A stretch of 64,000 nt of DNA, taken from an uncultured Pseudomonadota bacterium (GTDB lineage Bacteria; Myxococcota_A; Polyangia; Fen-1088). Positions 59,573 to 64,000 of the stretch are shown in pieces (position 1 is the stretch's first letter; each line of letters starts with the position of its first letter). The notes under the pieces were generated by a model. That model saw nothing but the letters and a program-made list of their open reading frames with translations. It did not search any database and was not told where the DNA came from. Location of the stretch: NCBI GenBank assembly GCA_963847705.1, contig CAWKBC010000021.1, forward strand, positions 96,001 through 160,000, given 5' to 3'. A program made the translations under genes and the position numbers.

Positions 59573-60563
59573 TCAGGGCCGTTTGCCTGGGCGTTTGCGC
59601 GAGACGGGCCTGCGGGTCGTCGCGGCGAGAGAATCCCTCCAGTCCTCGTCGGTGAGCAACCGCTCGAGGGCGGCGGTGGCCTCGCGCAGCGCGTGCGGCC
59701 GGTCGTGCAGCGTTCCCCACAGGTCACCGACCTCGGCGAGGCGGGCGGCCATCGTGCGAAGCGTGAACGTCTGGGGACCGACCGCGCCGCGCTCGATCTC
59801 CGGCCAGGCGCAGGGCGCCGAGACGGGCGCGCCGGGCTTGGGGCGCAGCGCGTAGGCCGCCGCGAAGGTGGCGCCCTGACCGTTGCGGCCGGTGTCGACG
59901 AAGATGCGCCCGCCGCGATCGGCCTTGATGAACTCCTGCGTGAACAGCGCAGGGTGGCGCTTCACCAGCACCGCGCCGGCGCCCTGCGAGAACCTCCGCA
60001 CCGGCTCGAAGTCGGCTTCGCCGTCGAGCGCGACCACGATGTGAAACCCCTTCGAGCCGGAGGTCTTGACGAAGCTCACCAGGCCGAGCTCGGCCAAAAG
60101 GTCGCGCACCGCCAGGGCCGCCAGGCGCAGCTCCGCGGGCGGGTCGCCCGAAGAATTCCGGGCAGAGCTCTCGGCGGGATCGAGATCGAACACGCAAAGA
60201 TCGGGGTGGTGCAGCTTCGGCACGCGCGAGGTCCAGACGTGCGGCGTGATCGCGTTTTGGTTCGCCATCCAGAGCAAGCGCCCGGGCATCGTCGATGAGC
60301 GGGTAGTGGACCGTGCCGTCTTCCTCGGTGCCAGAGCGCTTCGCGACCGCCACCCGCCGCAGCCAGGCGGGAAATCCCTTCGAGACGTCCTTTTGAATGA
60401 AACCCTTCTTGTCGATGCCGGCCGGGAAGCGCTCCATCGTCACCGGCCGCCCCGCGATGTGCGGCAACAGCACCGGCGCCACCGCCTCGTAGTAGGCGCA
60501 GACGTCGCCCTTGCTGATTCCGTCGGCCGGGAACAGCAGCTTCTCGGGGTGCGTGATCACCAC
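59573..60563 (-). pseudogene. LigD primase-polymerase domain protein, +1 frameshift at ~60277
   Basis: ITHPEKLLFP..MERFPAGI..FIQK in one frame; WMANQ..FDLDP..KTSGSKGFH..IFVDTGRN in another. Confidence 0.85.
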
Positions 60564-60588
60564 GGAGCGAGAGTCTACCCGTCGCCAG

Positions 60589-60771
60589 GTCGAGCTCGCC
60601 AAGGCCGCCAAGGACCGGCAGGAGCAAGCGCACCTGGATCCGGTGACCGCCGTCCTCGAGGCCTGCCGTCTCCGCCTGCGCCCCGTCCTCATGACCTCCA
60701 TCGCCTTCATCATGGGTGTCTGGCCGCTGGTCTCCTCGCACGGGGCTGGCGCCGAAATGCGCCGCGCCGTA
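60589..60771 (+). pseudogene. Fragment of an AcrB/HAE1 RND transporter (TM10-11)
   Basis: AVLEACRLRLRPVLMTSIAFIMGVWPLV..GAGAEMRRA. Confidence 0.8.
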
Positions 60772-60863
60772 CAGCCGATCGCCGAACCAGTTACCCCGAT
60801 CCTGGCGGAGGAGAGTCCGTGAATTGGTTCGCGCGCTTCGTCGCCGTCGATTATTTTCCTGAG

Positions 60864-61643
60864 GTGAGCACAGCGAAGAAGGTCTTCATCACGGGGTCGT
60901 CCGAGGGGCTCGGCTTGATGGCGGGCCGCCTGCTGACCGAGGAGGGGCACGTGGTGGTCCTCCACGCGAGGAATGAAGCACGCGCCAGGACCGCACGGGC
61001 GGCGCTGCCGCAAGCGGCGGCGGTTCTGGTTGGCGACGTCTCGACGCTGGAGGCCATGCGCGACGTCGCCCAGCAGGCGAACCGCTGGGGGCGGTTCGAT
61101 GCGGTGATTCACAACGTCGGAATCGGCTACCAGGAGCCGCGCCGGGTGGAGACCGCCGACGGGCTGTCACAGCTCTGGGCCGTCAACGTGCTCGCGCCTT
61201 ACGTCCTCACCGCGCTGATGCAGCGGCCCGACCGGCTGGTCTATCTCAGCTCGGGCATGCACACCGGCGGCGATCCGAGCCTCGACGACCTTCAGTGGTC
61301 CACCCGCCGCTGGAGCGGCAGCCAGGCCTACTCGGACACCAAGCTCCACGACGTGTTGCTCGCCTTCGGCGTCGCGCGGCGCTGGCCGGGCGTGCCGTCG
61401 AACGCGGTCAGCCCGGGGTGGGTGGCGACGCGCATGGGCGGTGCGGGCGCGCCCGACGACCTCGCCGAAGGCCCCCGGACTCAGGCCTGGCTGGCGGTCA
61501 GCGACGACCCGGGCGCGCGGGTGACCGGCCAGTACCTCTATCACCAGCGGCCCAAAGAGGTGAATCCGGCCGCGAAGGATCCCAAGCTCCAGGACCGCCT
61601 GCTCGACCACTGCCGCGAGGTCTCCGGCATCGCGCTGCCGTGA
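60864..61643 (+). CDS. Short-chain dehydrogenase/reductase
   Basis: ITGSSEGLG, HNVG, YLSS, YSDTK, PGWVAT. Confidence 0.9.
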   Translation: MSTAKKVFITGSSEGLGLMAGRLLTEEGHVVVLHARNEARARTARAALPQAAAVLVGDVSTLEAMRDVAQQANRWGRFDAVIHNVGIGYQEPRRVETADGLSQLWAVNVLAPYVLTALMQRPDRLVYLSSGMHTGGDPSLDDLQWSTRRWSGSQAYSDTKLHDVLLAFGVARRWPGVPSNAVSPGWVATRMGGAGAPDDLAEGPRTQAWLAVSDDPGARVTGQYLYHQRPKEVNPAAKDPKLQDRLLDHCREVSGIALP

Positions 61644-61674
61644 GGACGGCGACATTCCCGGCGTCGAAGCTTTT

Positions 61675-62109
61675 CCTCGGGCGCGCGCCGGTGAAGATGT
61701 GCACGCGCGCGTTCATCCGGACGACACCCTCCTGCTGATGTCCGGCCAAGCGGGCGGTCAGTGATTGGCGCGCCCGCGTGAGCGCCCCGTCGCCGGCCTT
61801 GGCGAGCAGCTCGTCGAAGAACATGATGCCGAAGCGCGAGACCAGTCGCTCATACGGTTCCGGGGGCACCGCCCTGGCCATATCCGCCGCTTCGAAGGCG
61901 ATGGCCGCTTGCGCGGGGACGGCCCGCCGACGGGCGACTTCGATGAGAGCCGGCGAGATATCGAACCCGTGAACGACGCTTCCCGGCGGCGCCCGGCGCA
62001 GAATCTCCAGCGCCGTTCCGCCGCCGGAGAGGCCGGCGAGCCACTTCTCATCGTGCGCGGCGGCCCACTCAGAAGCGGCGGTGCCTGCGGGGTCTCCCGA
62101 GGTCGTCAC
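61675..62109 (-). pseudogene. Class I SAM methyltransferase remnant with two in-frame deletions
   Basis: EKWLAGLS|GGGTALE (DxGC motif lost), GFDISPALIE, SRFGIMFFD|ELLA. Confidence 0.7.
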
Positions 62110-62209
62110 GCGCCGACGCTGGCATGCGCTCGGCCCGGCAACGCGACTGCTTCCCAATCGCCCGCGATCCCCTTGCGGTGCGCTCGACCGTATCCACGAT
62201 ATCGACATC

Positions 62210-62380
62210 ATGGAATCTAGCCGACAGCCAACGCGCAGGTTGCGCACGATCGGCGTCAGCGCCGGGGTGATGGTCCTTGCCGTCGCCGCCCTTGTTTCCG
62301 GCTGCTATTACCGCGGTCGCCCGCCCGAATATGGGCATCGCGGCGGCTACTACGATCATCGCCACGACCGTCGCTATTAG
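62210..62380 (+). CDS. Small lipoprotein (56 aa)
   Basis: Lipobox VSGC followed by a Y/H/R-rich tail. Confidence 0.6.
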   Translation: MESSRQPTRRLRTIGVSAGVMVLAVAALVSGCYYRGRPPEYGHRGGYYDHRHDRRY

Positions 62381-62406
62381 GGCGCCCCGCCGCCGACCCT
62401 CTCCGC

Positions 62407-64000
62407 TCACGAAAGCAGCAACTCCAGCGTTTCGCGATCGAGCTGACGGAGCAGACTGGCGTCCGGATTGATGATCGACGCGGTCAGGTCGCGCTTTGTT
62501 TGCTGCAGCGCCGCCACCTTCTCCTCGACGGTGTCGCGGCAAAGCAGCCGATACACGAACACGCGTTTCTTTTGGCCGATGCGGTGGGCGCGGTCGACGG
62601 CCTGCGCTTCGACGGCCGGGTTCCACCAGGGATCGAGGATGAAGACGTAGTCGGCAGCGGTCAGGTTGAGCCCCAGACCTCCCGCCTTGAGGCTGATCAG
62701 AAACAGCGGGCAGGTCTCGTCAGTCTGGAATCGCGTCACGCGCGCCTGCCGATCGCGTGTCTGCCCGTCGAGGTACTCGTAGGGCATGCCCGCGCTGTCC
62801 AGCCGGGCGCGGATGAGGGCGAGGAAGCTGGTGAACTGGGAGAAGACGAGCGCCTTGTGGCCCTCTCGGCGGACCTCGTCGAGACGTGCCAGCAGGACCT
62901 CCATCTTGCCGCTGCTCTCCCCCCGGCGCTTCTCGTCGATGAGGCCCGGATGGCAGGCCGCCTGCCGAAGACGGAGGAGGGCCTCGAGCACCTGGAGCTT
63001 CGCCTTGCCCAGGCCTTCGGCCGCGATCTTGCCGAGGAGGCTTCCCCGGTAGTGCGCGCGGAGCTCGTCGTAGAGGAGCCGCTGCTCGGGCTCCATCTCG
63101 CAGAGGATCGTCTCCTCGTGCTTCTTGGGCAGCTCGGGCGCCACCTCCTCCTTGGTCCGTCGCAGGATGAAGGGGCGAAGCGCCCGCGACAGCAGGGCCA
63201 GCGTCTGGGGATCCGGGCGCCTGGCGATCGCCGTGTGGGCGAAGGCGCGGGCGGTGCCGAGCATGCCGGGATTGAGGAACTCGACCAGCGACCACAGCTC
63301 GCCGAGATGATTCTCGATCGGCGTCCCCGACAGCGCCAGCCTGTGCTGGCCGCGCAGAAGCCGGGCCGCCTTGGCCGATTCGGAGTCGGCGTTCTTGATC
63401 GCCTGCGCCTCGTCGAGAATGACGTAGTCCATCTCGAGCTCACGCAGAAAGCCGACGTCCTTGCGGAGCAGGCCATAGGTGGTCACCAGAAGATCGGCCT
63501 TCTGGAGGTTCTGGCGAAGCGTCTGCGCGTCCATGGCGCGATCGGGCCCGACGTGGGCGAGGAGGCGCAGGTCGGGGGCAAAGCGCGCCGCCTCTTGCTG
63601 CCAGTTCCAGACCAGCGACTTCGGGACGACCACCATCGACGGTCCGACCGACTTGCGGAGCCGCCCGGCCAGCATCGCCAGGATCTGGATCGTCTTGCCC
63701 AGGCCCATGTCGTCGGCGAGGCACCCCCCGAAGCCAAACTGGCGCAGGAACCCCAGCCACCCGAGGCCGGCCTCCTGGTAGGGACGCAGGCGACCGCGAA
63801 ACCGGGCGGGGGCCTTCAGGGGATCGACGCCGGCGAACCGGTTCAGCTCGTCGCGCGCCCTGGCGAAGAGGGCGTCGACCGAAACCCGCGGCTCGGCGGC
63901 CAGCAACGCATCGAGCAGGCCCACCTGCGCGGGCCGAAAGCGAAGGCGCTCCCCCTCGACGGTTCCCAGCTCGCCCAGCGTGCCGTACCGCTCGAGCCAC
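62407..64000 (-). CDS. SNF2-family helicase (partial, 5' end beyond window)
   Basis: LADDMGLGKT, DEAQ, LSGTPIEN, FSQF, SLKAGGLGLNL, DPWWNP, DRAHRIGQ. Confidence 0.95.
   Translation of the reverse strand, partial: WLERYGTLGELGTVEGERLRFRPAQVGLLDALLAAEPRVSVDALFARARDELNRFAGVDPLKAPARFRGRLRPYQEAGLGWLGFLRQFGFGGCLADDMGLGKTIQILAMLAGRLRKSVGPSMVVVPKSLVWNWQQEAARFAPDLRLLAHVGPDRAMDAQTLRQNLQKADLLVTTYGLLRKDVGFLRELEMDYVILDEAQAIKNADSESAKAARLLRGQHRLALSGTPIENHLGELWSLVEFLNPGMLGTARAFAHTAIARRPDPQTLALLSRALRPFILRRTKEEVAPELPKKHEETILCEMEPEQRLLYDELRAHYRGSLLGKIAAEGLGKAKLQVLEALLRLRQAACHPGLIDEKRRGESSGKMEVLLARLDEVRREGHKALVFSQFTSFLALIRARLDSAGMPYEYLDGQTRDRQARVTRFQTDETCPLFLISLKAGGLGLNLTAADYVFILDPWWNPAVEAQAVDRAHRIGQKKRVFVYRLLCRDTVEEKVAALQQTKRDLTASIINPDASLLRQLDRETLELLLS

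Noticed and set aside
60066-60863. 525-aa RND-SDR fusion
   Set aside because: The AcrB fragment is in another frame and the SDR starts at GTG 60864.

Overview
High-GC bacterial window, most likely Myxococcota/Polyangia (inferred from Gly/Thr-linker lipoprotein CAZymes, Cys-rich repeats, a Hanks Ser/Thr kinase and an RpoH-like sigma). Layout: (i) 1-9.8 kb: surface-tethered carbohydrate enzymes (frameshifted GH3, SGNH esterase, GH30) plus LysR and pirin. (ii) ~9.9-49 kb: a stress/dormancy-type island with a tightly coupled 13-gene minus-strand run (DUF4398, OmpA, YihY, sigma32-like, PAS kinase, NarL regulator, small membrane proteins, AI-2E, lipoprotein, Ser/Thr kinase). It also holds eroded extra copies of the sigma/kinase/regulator cassette, FtsH, a KaiC-like module, WS/DGAT, a P-type H+-ATPase, thioredoxins and groES/groEL. 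(iii) 49-64 kb: mixed housekeeping and decayed genes (nitroreductase, MBOAT, ADK-like, PssA, GH11, ROK, frameshifted LigD polymerase domain, SDR, partial SNF2). Two top observations: (1) a 253-aa lipoprotein (11032-11793) whose motifs resemble a bacterial gasdermin fold but which carries a lipoprotein signal peptide and has no adjacent protease; (2) a 14-bp box (consensus about GGGRAAAcCmyTAC) found 12 times between 17.8 and 32.5 kb, in 9 cases followed exactly 45 nt later by a TA(T/C)-starting -10-like hexamer, which defines a probable NarL/FixJ-type regulon. Many genes are remnants with in-frame internal deletions. No rRNA, tRNA, CRISPR or transposase was recognised. All family calls are by eye, without database searches.
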